Of a stretch of DNA of 64,000 nt, positions 47,369 through 57,609 are shown in pieces; the first letter of the stretch is position 1, and each line of letters opens with the position of its first letter. The position numbers and the translations under genes were made by a program. The stretch lies in IMG/VR virus record IMGVR_UViG_3300021400_000468, positions 1 to 64,000 of that record; one strand, given 5' to 3'. The notes under the pieces were generated by a model. That model searched no databases. It saw only the letters and a list, made by a program, of their open reading frames with translations, and was not told where the DNA came from. Source of the stretch: a virus. Taxonomy: Duplodnaviria; Caudoviricetes.

Positions 47369-48815
47369 CGAGCGTCACCTCAATCCTGCCGGGATTGGTT
47401 TTGGCCCGCTGCCTGTCCGTAATGGTGACCCGGCGGTCAGGATATCCGGACGGCGTTCCGGTTTCATCATCGGTGGAGTATAGATATATGTCGAAATAAT
47501 CCACGCCGGGGATTGTGGCGTACAGCTTATGAATGATCGTCTGCGGAGCCACATCGTCCCCTGCGGCGAGGGTGTCCATCCAATCCGTTATGATCCCTTC
47601 AATCAGGTCCACATAGTTGGTCGGGGCGTTCGTGGTGCCGTTCATGAAAACAACCACCTTGAACCAGACGTAAATCGGAATCGGGTGGTTATAGCGGATC
47701 ATAATAGGCTCCCCGTAAAGACCGGGAAGCTCGATCTCTCTTGAGCCGTATGTATTGATGCCACCGGCTTTGGTGTTCAGGATAACTTGCGCCAGAAGCG
47801 TCTCATCGAAGTCTCCGTCTGCCACAACCTCAACTGAATGCGGGTAACGCCCGTATGCGTCCAATTCATTCGTGAAGTTCTCATAGACGGTGCAGGTTGT
47901 AACCCCCTGAACCTGTTCGAGGATTGCGGACCGGATGCTCTCAGCCATGGAGGATGAGCGGTTGTAAATTTTATCCACATAGGACTGCCGGAGTTCGGTA
48001 TCGGTCTCGGCCTTTCGACCGGCGATATACGATCCGACATTCGTGACGGATTCCAGCCCCGCGACTGCCATCATGATCTTCGTGATGACGCCCGGAGGAA
48101 TCAGGATATCCCCATCCTCCACGGTGGAGAACGTGATAACGGAGCCGATGGATTCCGTGGTCAGGTTTTCCGACAGGACGAGCGTATTGGAGCTGATCTC
48201 GTCCGCAGCTCTCAGAAGCAGAACGCCATCCTCAACGGACGCGGTAAAACCGTCTGCGGTGTTCAGAACCTCCGCAAGGGCGGCGAGGTTTTCAGCGTCG
48301 GTCTTGGATGCGTCGGGCTGAACGGAATACAGGTTGCTGTTCAGCTCTACCGCGAGGACGGATCTTGTTCCGGCCTCCGCGATGATGATATTCGCGGCGT
48401 TGAAATCCGCGCTTGTGATCTGCGCGTTTTCCGTGATCGTAAGCTGGGTGGCAGGGGTCGTGTTGGACGCGATAATGGTCCGGGCGGGGATGATCGTTCC
48501 GTCCTTGCCGGTACACAGGATCCGGTAGTAGGACTTCGCCGCCGCCTCACGGACGATGCCGCCGTACTGCGCCGAATAATCCAGACTTGCCCCTTCTGCT
48601 GAGGTGGGGTACTGCGAATAATACACATCCTCGCCAAAGGCCCAGAGGTCGGCGAGCTGGTCCGCTATGTTGGTCAGAAGATGGTTGAGGAAGGACTGCG
48701 GATCCTTCCGGGTATTGACGCCCCATGCCTCGGACAGCTTATTGTGCATCTCGTCCAGAATCACATCAAGCCGTTTGATGTGCGGCCCGGTAGGGGTCAA
48801 TCCGTAATCAGGCAT
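47358..48815 (-). CDS. Baseplate J/gp47-family protein
   Basis: AEGASLD, GRKAETDTELR, PHSVEVV, KAGGINTYG. Confidence 0.9.
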   Translation of the reverse strand: MPDYGLTPTGPHIKRLDVILDEMHNKLSEAWGVNTRKDPQSFLNHLLTNIADQLADLWAFGEDVYYSQYPTSAEGASLDYSAQYGGIVREAAAKSYYRILCTGKDGTIIPARTIIASNTTPATQLTITENAQITSADFNAANIIIAEAGTRSVLAVELNSNLYSVQPDASKTDAENLAALAEVLNTADGFTASVEDGVLLLRAADEISSNTLVLSENLTTESIGSVITFSTVEDGDILIPPGVITKIMMAVAGLESVTNVGSYIAGRKAETDTELRQSYVDKIYNRSSSMAESIRSAILEQVQGVTTCTVYENFTNELDAYGRYPHSVEVVADGDFDETLLAQVILNTKAGGINTYGSREIELPGLYGEPIMIRYNHPIPIYVWFKVVVFMNGTTNAPTNYVDLIEGIITDWMDTLAAGDDVAPQTIIHKLYATIPGVDYFDIYLYSTDDETGTPSGYPDRRVTITDRQRAKTNPGRIEVTLGGT

Positions 48816-49170
48816 ACAGTGTCACCTCCTCCCTGAATGTGTCTTCATCCGTTGTTGCGGAATAGATAAAGGTCGCGGATCGTCCGGCGGGGTCAAAGGT
48901 GACGCTTTCCACCTTTGCGGCCCGGACGCCCTCAACCTTCAAAATCTCTGTGCGGATATCCCGCTTGATTCGTTCTATATCGGGGTTCTTGATGAAAACA
49001 TCCTCCCAATACGGGAAGCCGAAATCGGGGCCGAGCCTCCACTCAGAAAAAATCCACCGGAGGTGGATCAAGATTGCCTGTTGTATGCTGTTGGTGATCT
49101 TTATATCACCGGTATCGGTCAGGACGATATCTCCGTCCCTCGTCAACCAAATATCCGGTCGTTCCATCAT
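48808..49170 (-). CDS. Sheath initiator/gp25-like baseplate protein
   Basis: EWRLGPDFGFPY...IRTEILKVEGV. Confidence 0.75.
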   Translation of the reverse strand: MMERPDIWLTRDGDIVLTDTGDIKITNSIQQAILIHLRWIFSEWRLGPDFGFPYWEDVFIKNPDIERIKRDIRTEILKVEGVRAAKVESVTFDPAGRSATFIYSATTDEDTFREEVTLYA

Positions 49171-49307
49171 GTCAGTCGGCCTCCTTTTTCAACGGACTAT
49201 TTGTAAGGCCCGTGGAGCTGTTATACGCCCACTTTCCCTTCCGGTGGATGGAAATATGTTCCCGGGATAAATCCCGCGTATAACAGCCCCTCGAAGGTCT
49301 CTAACGG

Positions 49308-49844
49308 TTATTCTTCCTCTTCCTTGGTTTCCGAATTCCCCACGAACGGCGCGGTGCAGAAGTGGACGCCTCTTGAATCATTGGCGAAAACCTCGCGGGC
49401 AATGTCCTGCATGATGCCGCTCCAGTTCCCGTTCAGATCGGAGATGTCATCATTGAAGAACTGAACCACCCTCGGCGTAAACATGACGTAGGTGTGCTTC
49501 GTGCCGGTGAAGTCCTCCCCGGAGACGATTTCGGACAGAACGGGATTCCCCTCAAAAATGGTCTTGAACAGGGCTTCGCTGTCCTGCTCCACACCATTCT
49601 CTTCGTCGTACAGGAAGATGGCGATTCTGATATTGCCGAAGGTGCGGACCTTGGGAAGAACACGGTCGAGGGCGATGTACTTTTCGTGGTTCTTCACCTC
49701 GATATCGAAGGCGTAGTCGGCAACCGGATCATCCAGTTCAAAAACTTCTCCGACTTCGATATCGGGATCGTACCGGAACAGGGCGTGAATCTTTCTCTGG
49801 TAGGTGTACCACGGAGACGAGAGATTCAGGTTGATTTTTTCCAT
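49308..49844 (-). CDS. Hypothetical protein inserted in baseplate cluster
   Basis: LSSPWY...F.GNP...VVQFFNDDISD. Confidence 0.6.
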   Translation of the reverse strand: MEKINLNLSSPWYTYQRKIHALFRYDPDIEVGEVFELDDPVADYAFDIEVKNHEKYIALDRVLPKVRTFGNIRIAIFLYDEENGVEQDSEALFKTIFEGNPVLSEIVSGEDFTGTKHTYVMFTPRVVQFFNDDISDLNGNWSGIMQDIAREVFANDSRGVHFCTAPFVGNSETKEEEE

Positions 49845-49884
49845 TTTTGACCTCCATATTTATCCGGCTTTGCCGGTGATTGAC

Positions 49885-50838
49885 TTATTCTTTATCCGGG
49901 GCAGTCGTAGGCCCTCCCACGCTGTCCGTATGAGTATGATTTTCCAGACTGACCTGATTGGCAAGAACATCTCCCGTTGCCACGATAGAACCGTTGACGG
50001 TCAGGTCCCCATCAAAGGACAAGGGCGGGTTATCCGGATCGGGAACCGCAGGTTCCGCACCATTCATCAACACCCGCTTTGCATTCAGTTCTATCGTTTC
50101 TTCGGCGTTCAGGATTATGTCCTTCCCTGCATTGATCGTAACGACTCCGGGATCCGGCTCTTCTTCATCGGGGGCGGTTTCCTCATCTTCGATGTAGCAG
50201 TTCACCGTCACATCCCGCTCCGCATTGACGATTGCATCCCGTTCTACGTTCAGGGTTGCATCCTGTTTGGCATTGACAGTCACGTCACGATCTGAGTTTA
50301 CGGTGACGTCACGGTCGGCGTTCACGGTTACATCCCGCAGAACGTTGATGACGGTATCCCGCTGGGTGTCGATAATCACATCATCTTCCTTGATCTTGAC
50401 GAAGGTATCCTGACGCTGGATGATGATGGCTTCTTCATCCTGTGCGATCTTCGCCAGCTTATTCGGCTTGGCGAACAGGCCGGGAATGCAGATCGCCTCG
50501 GAGAGGTCGAACATCAAATCCTGCTCCGTCTGCTGTCCGAAAAGCCAGTAGTCGATGGGGCGCTCCATCAGCAGGACAAGCACCTCATCATCTTTCTTGA
50601 TGGGGTATACGAAGGTGGAGGTCTGCCCGAAGGTCTGGGGCCACCAGACGGGAACATCCTTCAGCTCCGGGTATTCGATCCACTCGCCGTTCGGTTTCTT
50701 GTACTGCATGACGGGCTGAACGTCGCACATCCCTTTTTCCGGGTAGTATGTCACGACCTTTCCGGGAACCGCCGTGTGCATCTTCTTCAGGTGCTTGCGG
50801 ACAAGCTCCTGCGTCATGTTGACCAGTTCTTGAAGCAT
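49885..50838 (-). CDS. Baseplate central spike (Gp138/gpV-like)
   Basis: HTAVPGKV...DVPV, beta-helix repeats DVTVNA, C-terminal HTH metal tip (ENHTHT). Confidence 0.85.
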   Translation of the reverse strand: MLQELVNMTQELVRKHLKKMHTAVPGKVVTYYPEKGMCDVQPVMQYKKPNGEWIEYPELKDVPVWWPQTFGQTSTFVYPIKKDDEVLVLLMERPIDYWLFGQQTEQDLMFDLSEAICIPGLFAKPNKLAKIAQDEEAIIIQRQDTFVKIKEDDVIIDTQRDTVINVLRDVTVNADRDVTVNSDRDVTVNAKQDATLNVERDAIVNAERDVTVNCYIEDEETAPDEEEPDPGVVTINAGKDIILNAEETIELNAKRVLMNGAEPAVPDPDNPPLSFDGDLTVNGSIVATGDVLANQVSLENHTHTDSVGGPTTAPDKE

Positions 50839-50843
50839 GGTTA

Positions 50844-51707
50844 TCAATACCCCTTTCCACGTTCCAACAGACGCATCTTCGTAACCCAATCACCGGATTG
50901 AGAATCTCCTGTGTACTCGATGGAATAAACCCGGAAATAACCGGTTGCCGTTCTCGATACCAAGTGAACGTAATCGTCGATATGAATATCCCCATTCAGC
51001 AGGGTCGTCACCTCATACCCAACAAGTTTATCCCCCGTCTCCATGCTTCCGGCAAGACAAACTCTGACCGGCATTTCAATCATGCCTGTTTTTGCAGATA
51101 CCTCATAAACCTCAGGTTCCGGAATAGTGTCTGAAATCTTCTTCATTTGGACAACACCATCTTGAACGCTCCAAGACAGGCCGTTGCTTTCTCCGGCTTT
51201 CATGAAAATATCATCGGCAAGGCCCACAAACTGAAAGCCCGTGTCTATTTCCTTGAACTCTGCGTTATATCCGTATTTTATCGGGACCCCAAGCTGCCCA
51301 GCGGCCTCATCGGTGATCGTTTTCCAATTCGTGCCGGGGGCAAACGAGAGCGAAACATACGAATCCCGCTGAGGTTCAAGGGTATCAATCACTTCAATAT
51401 CGGTACGCCAATCTGCTCCATCCATAGCAGTCGATGAAAAGCTAACCGTACCAGAAAAAATCTGCGAGATATGGTCTTTATACCCAGCCTGTAAGGTCAA
51501 TTTGGCATTTTCTTCCCCATCTATCAGCATTGCGGTGTGGGCCGGTGACAAATTCCAGACGGACAAATTGCCGGTATTGGGGGAATACAGATCAGTTTTC
51601 TGGAAGCTAAAATTGATATGAAGGGGAAACTCTTCCCCTCCAAATTCAAAACCGCCTCCCGGCCCAACTATCGTGCATTTATATTTTCTCTGGAAATTCT
51701 CACTCAT
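50844..51707 (-). CDS. Baseplate hub protein
   Basis: VWNLS...LQAGY...IFSG...WSVQDG...TGMI. Confidence 0.8.
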   Translation of the reverse strand: MSENFQRKYKCTIVGPGGGFEFGGEEFPLHINFSFQKTDLYSPNTGNLSVWNLSPAHTAMLIDGEENAKLTLQAGYKDHISQIFSGTVSFSSTAMDGADWRTDIEVIDTLEPQRDSYVSLSFAPGTNWKTITDEAAGQLGVPIKYGYNAEFKEIDTGFQFVGLADDIFMKAGESNGLSWSVQDGVVQMKKISDTIPEPEVYEVSAKTGMIEMPVRVCLAGSMETGDKLVGYEVTTLLNGDIHIDDYVHLVSRTATGYFRVYSIEYTGDSQSGDWVTKMRLLERGKGY

Positions 51708-52018
51708 TTTTCAATCTCCGCGTAAAAAAACTCCGCATTTCCATTCCAGAAATCCTCATGCCCGACCCGATCCAGCTTCGTCTTTACCGCGAACAATACG
51801 TTAGGGTACGGTCGCTTCCAAAACGAGTGGTTGATCGGGATTCCGGGGACGATCTTAATATCCTGAATGATGGGATTTCTTTCTGTATCAAAAAGCCCGA
51901 ACTTCCAACAATCCGTAGGGTGATTATATGTAAAACGGATCTCCCACACTTTGTTGTCAAGAACAATTCTGGAGAAACTGTCATTCATTCTCGGAACAGA
52001 TATTACCGTGTATTTCAT
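51704..52018 (-). CDS. Baseplate plug-like protein
   Basis: Position and FTYN...W.F pattern. Confidence 0.6.
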   Translation of the reverse strand: MKYTVISVPRMNDSFSRIVLDNKVWEIRFTYNHPTDCWKFGLFDTERNPIIQDIKIVPGIPINHSFWKRPYPNVLFAVKTKLDRVGHEDFWNGNAEFFYAEIEK

Positions 52019-52602
52019 CTGTTAGAAGCCACACCTCCCAAGAAATCGGATATTACTCCATGTGCCACATCATCCAAAACCGCACCAAGGGTTTGATTGG
52101 ACGACAAGAAATCACTTCCTCCATCTGTTGTGTTCGCCATCCCAGCGGTAGCACCGGTTTCCCCGGACCCTCCATAAGATGCCGGAGGGCCTTCCACTAC
52201 GCGAGTGGAGGTTTTCCGAACCTTCTTAAACGTGACCGGAATCTCTTTTGCATATCCGATTTCAAGCGACTTTTGAAACGTGATGGACTGGATAGCCATT
52301 GACGTGTAAACGGCATCCGTCGTTTCGATTGTAATAGGCTCTTTCCCAAAATAGATTTGTTCAAGTCTGTTACAAACGTCATCAGCATGACGCCCGCTGT
52401 GAATATTCCTCCATGTTACGGGGGAATCAGTCACATACAGGGTCATGCTGATTGTCTCCGCGTCGATGATAACAGCATCCGAAATTTGGAAGCCCTCTTC
52501 GGTCGCATACTGCGGGATCTCTGCGTCTAGTTGTCTCTGCTCGTCTATCAGCGCATCGAATTCAATCCCCGCAACCCTAACGGGATGCCTTGCTCTCGGC
52601 AT
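52015..52602 (-). CDS. Tail tube initiator/Dit-like protein
   Basis: FDALIDE...YATEEGFQISD. Follows tape measure. Confidence 0.7.
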   Translation of the reverse strand: MPRARHPVRVAGIEFDALIDEQRQLDAEIPQYATEEGFQISDAVIIDAETISMTLYVTDSPVTWRNIHSGRHADDVCNRLEQIYFGKEPITIETTDAVYTSMAIQSITFQKSLEIGYAKEIPVTFKKVRKTSTRVVEGPPASYGGSGETGATAGMANTTDGGSDFLSSNQTLGAVLDDVAHGVISDFLGGVASNR

Positions 52603-52608
52603 AACTCA

Positions 52609-55143
52609 TCACCTCGCAAACTGCAACGCCCTGCCCATCTCTGCCGTAACATCTTTTGCTGCTCTACTCATAGCTTCATGAGATTTCTTCTGACCAGCCG
52701 TATCACCATTGAATGTGTTTTCGATGTTCACATTCTGAACAACGCTCTTGTTAGTATTGCTTCTATCGCTTATAGATGATGCGGTATCGGTGTGAACAAT
52801 TGTAACCCCGGTTATCGCAGATAAGCCTTCCCCAACAGACCCGAACAGGTCACCTGCGTTGGATTTTATCCAATCCATGAAACCTTGCTTGTCAGCTTCG
52901 GATTGTTCCGCATTTCCTTTCGATCTGAATAATGACTTTATCCATCCACCAACAATCGAATCTTTTTCAGAATCGGCTTCTTTATTTCCGGGAGTTAAGA
53001 AATCTTTAATCCCTTGAACGAGCCCACTTTCAGAAACCCATTCCTTTGTTTTTTCCACTCCGGGAGCCATGGAATCAACAAACATTTTCTTGAGTCCGCC
53101 ACCAATGTCGAAAAGTCCATCCCAGCCTTTCTTCGCATCTTCAAGCGCAGCAGGAAAATCTCCCCTTAGAAGATCGATCAAGAATTCGAGGTCAGAAATC
53201 AGCGTCGAAACCACACCGGAAAGAAGCTGAGTGAAACCGCCCAGAATAATCATCAATTGCTCAATGGCGGTTTGGAATGCTTCACCAAACACCTTATCAA
53301 GCACTTCTTGGAGAGGAGCGATCTTCTCATTGATCTCATCAGACAACTCCGTGAATTTTTCGATAAGATCCGAAATATCTTCAATGATCGGTTCGAAGTA
53401 AGGGTCTACATTTTCGACCCATCCTTCAGCAATCTTTTGGGCAAAACCAGAGATTGCGTCTCCGGCTCTCTCCAGACCTTTTGCGATACTCTCAAGCGAC
53501 ATCGATCCGAGGGTGAGAAGGTTTTCCACCAATTTGGATAACGCAGTACCTTCTCCCTCGATATTCGCTTTGTCGAGAATTATTCCGATAGCCTCACCAA
53601 TATCTTGGATAACGGTTTTCGATACCTTCCCTATCGCGGTGACCAACCGGCTGAAGGATGACACAAAACGACCAAAGGCTTCTCCAAGCTCAAAGGTAAC
53701 AAAATGGTCAAGGAATTTCCCTATGGCATCTCCGACTTTTTCTACCACATTTGATGAAACCTCAACGATTGTATCGAAAAGGTCTCCAAGGGTATTGATC
53801 AGCTCCTTGAGTGTGTCGAGAGCAGGGGATTCCTTAAAGCCATCGAAAAACCGTTTGACGGCGGTAGCGGTCTTCGAGATTATAGTCCAAGCGGAACCTG
53901 AGAATTTCCCGATGAACTTGCCGACTTCTTCCGTGATTTCTTTGATCCTTCCTACAATAGAAGAGCCATTTTGGTTCCACCACTGTTTCAGCCAAACCGC
54001 ACCAGAGCTGAACAGTTCTTTTACTTTCTTCCACGCTTCCGTTATGGTCTCGCGGACTTCATCAGCATTGATTCCTGCTTTGTCGAAGATCCTCCCCAGC
54101 AAGGAATCCTTCCCCTGCATGAAACCGATGAAGTCTTCGATCCCAAGCAAGATCAGGGCTATGATCGCCACAATAGCCATTCCTTTTAGTCCAAGTCCGC
54201 TGAAAACCCCGGTCAGACTTTTTACACCCTGAACAATCTTGTCGAAATTCATAGCCACGGCAAATGACGCCGCAATTATGGCAAGAAGTTTTAGGGTGTT
54301 CTGCATACCGCCCAGCTTTTGGTTGAGAAACACAACACCGCTGCGAGCTTTCTGAAGCCAGCTCATAACCGTCTGAAATCCACTCTGTAGAAATTTGGCA
54401 ATTTCCCTCGTGATTCCGAACATTTCATCGGTTTCTTCGATGAAATACTTGAGCTGGCTTCGGGCCGAAGACATAACGTCCGAAATCCTCGGCCCCATCT
54501 CACTAAAGGCTTTATCCACCGATTCCCCGGCATCCATAAACGCTTTCTGAATATCTTTTGCTTTCAGGATACCGGCCTGAGCCATGGTACGGAGCTTTCT
54601 TTCGGAAACACCGTAATAGTCAGTCAGAATTTTGATTGCTTGCGGGGCTTTGGCAAATAAGGATTCGAGGGAACCGCCGTCGAACTTTCCGTTCTTCATG
54701 GCCGAAGCCATACTTGAGACAAGGCCTGCCGCATCGGAATTACTGCCGCCACTCAACTTTGTGAGCTTTGTCATGATTTCCGTGAATCGGGTGGCGTTAT
54801 CCAAATCGAATAACGTCTTATTGTTCTTTACGAGATCCCCCACATTTTTGGCAATGTCTTCATAGTTGCCGACAACATCTTTTGAGGTTTCCAGAATCTT
54901 TTTCTGGATCTCATCCATATCGCCGAACTGCCCGACCGCACTTTCCAACGCCAGATTCACAGAACGAACCTGTTCCACGGCGTCGTTCAAAGCCTTTAGA
55001 CTAAATCCAATTCCGATTGCGCCGAGGGCCTTTCCGATCATGCTCTTAATCCCACGGACTGTATTGTTGACCTGCTGAACGCTTTTAGGGTCAACCAAAA
55101 ACTTCACCGCGGATTCAAGTGTGAATTCAGGCATAATCTTCAC
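52609..55143 (-). CDS. Tape measure protein
   Basis: 844-aa helical protein after chaperones, with hydrophobic segments. Confidence 0.85.
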   Translation of the reverse strand: MKIMPEFTLESAVKFLVDPKSVQQVNNTVRGIKSMIGKALGAIGIGFSLKALNDAVEQVRSVNLALESAVGQFGDMDEIQKKILETSKDVVGNYEDIAKNVGDLVKNNKTLFDLDNATRFTEIMTKLTKLSGGSNSDAAGLVSSMASAMKNGKFDGGSLESLFAKAPQAIKILTDYYGVSERKLRTMAQAGILKAKDIQKAFMDAGESVDKAFSEMGPRISDVMSSARSQLKYFIEETDEMFGITREIAKFLQSGFQTVMSWLQKARSGVVFLNQKLGGMQNTLKLLAIIAASFAVAMNFDKIVQGVKSLTGVFSGLGLKGMAIVAIIALILLGIEDFIGFMQGKDSLLGRIFDKAGINADEVRETITEAWKKVKELFSSGAVWLKQWWNQNGSSIVGRIKEITEEVGKFIGKFSGSAWTIISKTATAVKRFFDGFKESPALDTLKELINTLGDLFDTIVEVSSNVVEKVGDAIGKFLDHFVTFELGEAFGRFVSSFSRLVTAIGKVSKTVIQDIGEAIGIILDKANIEGEGTALSKLVENLLTLGSMSLESIAKGLERAGDAISGFAQKIAEGWVENVDPYFEPIIEDISDLIEKFTELSDEINEKIAPLQEVLDKVFGEAFQTAIEQLMIILGGFTQLLSGVVSTLISDLEFLIDLLRGDFPAALEDAKKGWDGLFDIGGGLKKMFVDSMAPGVEKTKEWVSESGLVQGIKDFLTPGNKEADSEKDSIVGGWIKSLFRSKGNAEQSEADKQGFMDWIKSNAGDLFGSVGEGLSAITGVTIVHTDTASSISDRSNTNKSVVQNVNIENTFNGDTAGQKKSHEAMSRAAKDVTAEMGRALQFAR

Positions 55144-55170
55144 CTCCCCGTTTTGGAATTGTAAATTACA

Positions 55171-55446
55171 TTATCTTTTTGAATCATGCTCCCGCTGAAT
55201 TTCTTCGGCTCTTGCCGCTTGTATGTCTTGTTCCATCTGGTACAAAGCGTACAACTTCAAGGCTTCATCGAGAGTATAACAAGTTTCAAGTTCATATTTC
55301 GACGCGAGGCGAGCCTTAATTAAGACATACATCCTCATCTCCAAATCGGAGAATGACGTCAGGTCGAGCTTGCCATATCGCTCGAATTCAGATTCTCCAT
55401 AGACGCGATTTGGTCTCCAAATTGGCGACCTATGTTCTTGAAAAAA
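55171..55446 (-). other. -1 frameshift extension of tail assembly chaperone (gpGT-like)
   Basis: Slippery T TTT TTC at 55446-55440. The -1 frame is open to the TAA at 55171 (…MRMYVLIKARLASKYELETCYTLDEALKLYAL…). Confidence 0.75.
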
Positions 55447-55895
55447 CTCTGGAAATTGAGATTGATAACATCCCAGCAGAGCACGAAAATATCCTGAGTC
55501 TCACCACAGAAGATTTCGTTAAACAGGTCAAGATCCAGAGGTTTTACCTTTCCTTCTGTAACAGGGCCACTTACAGATATATTGTTGTAATCCAACAGAA
55601 GGCGTTTGATAATTCTTTCCATCTCATCTCCATCCAATGTGCCGAGGGACGAACCAATGACCGATACGGCATCCTTCGGATCAATACCATCAAGGATTCC
55701 ATTCGCATCGCCATCAGATTTTCTGCCCTGTTCACCGGTTCCAATCAGGGAAAACAGCCCCCCGATGGCGGGGCCAATTACTTTCGCCAGATCCGCAGAG
55801 ATGCTGGCACTTTTCATAGCCGGAAACTTATTCACAAAAAAGGAATGCCCGCATACCAGAAATTCCTTTTTCTCAGTCTGTTTCATAACGTACAT
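55359..55895 (-). CDS. Tail assembly chaperone
   Basis: Between tube and tape measure, ends NFQSFF. Confidence 0.8.
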   Translation of the reverse strand: MYVMKQTEKKEFLVCGHSFFVNKFPAMKSASISADLAKVIGPAIGGLFSLIGTGEQGRKSDGDANGILDGIDPKDAVSVIGSSLGTLDGDEMERIIKRLLLDYNNISVSGPVTEGKVKPLDLDLFNEIFCGETQDIFVLCWDVINLNFQSFFKNIGRQFGDQIASMENLNSSDMASST

Positions 55896-55962
55896 TTTTT
55901 AACCTCCATTCAAAGAAACGGGGGGAGAACCACCCCCTTGATCCTCCCCCTTTTCAAACATC

Positions 55963-56394
55963 TTACTCGCCCTCTTCGGTGAGATCCGCTTCACCGGTGG
56001 ACAGTTCCCACTCAAGGTCGGGAGCCTGACGCCCGAACTGCCGAGGCGCGGAACGCACCACCCAGCAAGCGTCGGAGGCAAAAACCATGCCGCCCTTGAG
56101 ATCCTTAATCAGGATCGGGAACAGTGCATTGCCGTTTTCCACATCTTCATCGAACTTATCCTGAAGGAACTTCGCGGACGCGGATGATCTCAGCAGAACG
56201 ATCCGGATGTTGTAGGTTCTGTCAGGGCTGATAGAACGGACGATTTCGCCGTCACAGCCTACCTTCTTGGTGATGCCGTCCCCGTTCGGCTCAATCTGGA
56301 TGAAGCTGTCCTCTGCGTACCCTTCCACGATATGGGAACCGAGGGAACAGGTCACTTCACGGGGGTTATAGGTTTTGATTCTTCCCGCTGCCAT
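55963..56394 (-). CDS. Tail tube protein (DUF3277-like)
   Basis: TYNPREV...GYAEDSFI...VGCDGE. Confidence 0.85.
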   Translation of the reverse strand: MAAGRIKTYNPREVTCSLGSHIVEGYAEDSFIQIEPNGDGITKKVGCDGEIVRSISPDRTYNIRIVLLRSSASAKFLQDKFDEDVENGNALFPILIKDLKGGMVFASDACWVVRSAPRQFGRQAPDLEWELSTGEADLTEEGE

Positions 56395-56412
56395 CTATTT
56401 CACCATCCTTTC

Positions 56413-57552
56413 TTACAGCTCATAGGTCAGGCTGCCCTTGATTTCGGCGAAATGAATCGCACCGGCGAGTCTCGCCTTGAACTTGCAGCCACGGAGAATA
56501 CGGGACGCTTTTTCGGAAGCGGTGAGGCTGGAGGCCAGCGGAACGGAGGTGGCAAAGCCGGGAATACGGACGCCATCTTCGTCAAACTCATCCCGAGCGA
56601 TGCCGCCCATGACCTGACCGCGCTTCAAGGAGGCGATCATGGCATTGTGGATCAGGGCGATGCCCTCGTCGGTATACGGGATCTTGGTGTTCATGATGAA
56701 AAGATTCACGACCCGGACCTGCATATCGTTCTTCAGCCAGTCACGGAACCGGATCACATCGGCCCACTCACCGGAGCGGGTCTTGCCGTTCATGGTGATA
56801 TTGCGGTTGCCGACCGTAATGAAGTAGCACAGGCAGTCATCCACAAGGCTTGCGATCTGCGTGGAGGTGAGCTGGGAAGGATAGACGGACGTGAGCTGCT
56901 TGAACGCGGTGGTTTCGGAACCGGGCTGATAGTTCAGCCACTTGGCAACGAACGCCACGTTGATGTACTTGTTGGCGCGAGGCATATCCGCGACAACCTG
57001 AGTACCGGTTTCGGGGCCGAACACACCAACGGTACGGTTGTAGACAGCACCGGTAGAGGCGGTCTTGCTGTTGCGGAGATATTCAGTCTCGGTATAGACG
57101 AACATCTTGTCAAACGCCTCGATATACTCGGCGATTTCCTCATACCAGCTCGAATCAACACCCGCGGTGCAGAGGACGTACCACGTCACGTTGTCGATGG
57201 ATCGTTCGATGGCCTTCAGCGGGGACACAACAGTCTGCACATTGGAGCCTTCGCCCTTCTGAACCGTATCGGTGCTCTTGATGGGCGCGATGTAAATGAC
57301 GGTCGGGCGCGGGGTCTGGGAGAACGCTACCTGCGCGGCTTCCGCGATGGGATCATGCGCTTCGAGGCTCCACCCGGTATCCAGCACCTCATCCAGAGAC
57401 CTGTATGCGCCGAACTCAGGCGGCTCTTCATCAGGCGTCACGGACGGCGCGGGGCCGACGATCAACAAGTTATCGAAACTGGTATCGTCCACAATCGGGG
57501 ACACGATATCAATATCGACTGTTGCGATCAAATCGTAATTTTTCTTTGCCAT
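56413..57552 (-). CDS. Tail sheath protein (DUF3383-like)
   Basis: [35 protein letters not shown]. Confidence 0.9.
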   Translation of the reverse strand: MAKKNYDLIATVDIDIVSPIVDDTSFDNLLIVGPAPSVTPDEEPPEFGAYRSLDEVLDTGWSLEAHDPIAEAAQVAFSQTPRPTVIYIAPIKSTDTVQKGEGSNVQTVVSPLKAIERSIDNVTWYVLCTAGVDSSWYEEIAEYIEAFDKMFVYTETEYLRNSKTASTGAVYNRTVGVFGPETGTQVVADMPRANKYINVAFVAKWLNYQPGSETTAFKQLTSVYPSQLTSTQIASLVDDCLCYFITVGNRNITMNGKTRSGEWADVIRFRDWLKNDMQVRVVNLFIMNTKIPYTDEGIALIHNAMIASLKRGQVMGGIARDEFDEDGVRIPGFATSVPLASSLTASEKASRILRGCKFKARLAGAIHFAEIKGSLTYEL

Positions 57553-57609
57553 TCGGATTTTTCCTCCGTTTCTATGATTTATGGGAATTGCGCGGTCCGG
57601 TTAGAGGAA

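Noticed and set aside
50220-50370. 24-nt-period repeats in the spike gene
   Set aside because: These are coding beta-helix repeats (RDVTVNA), normal for spike proteins.
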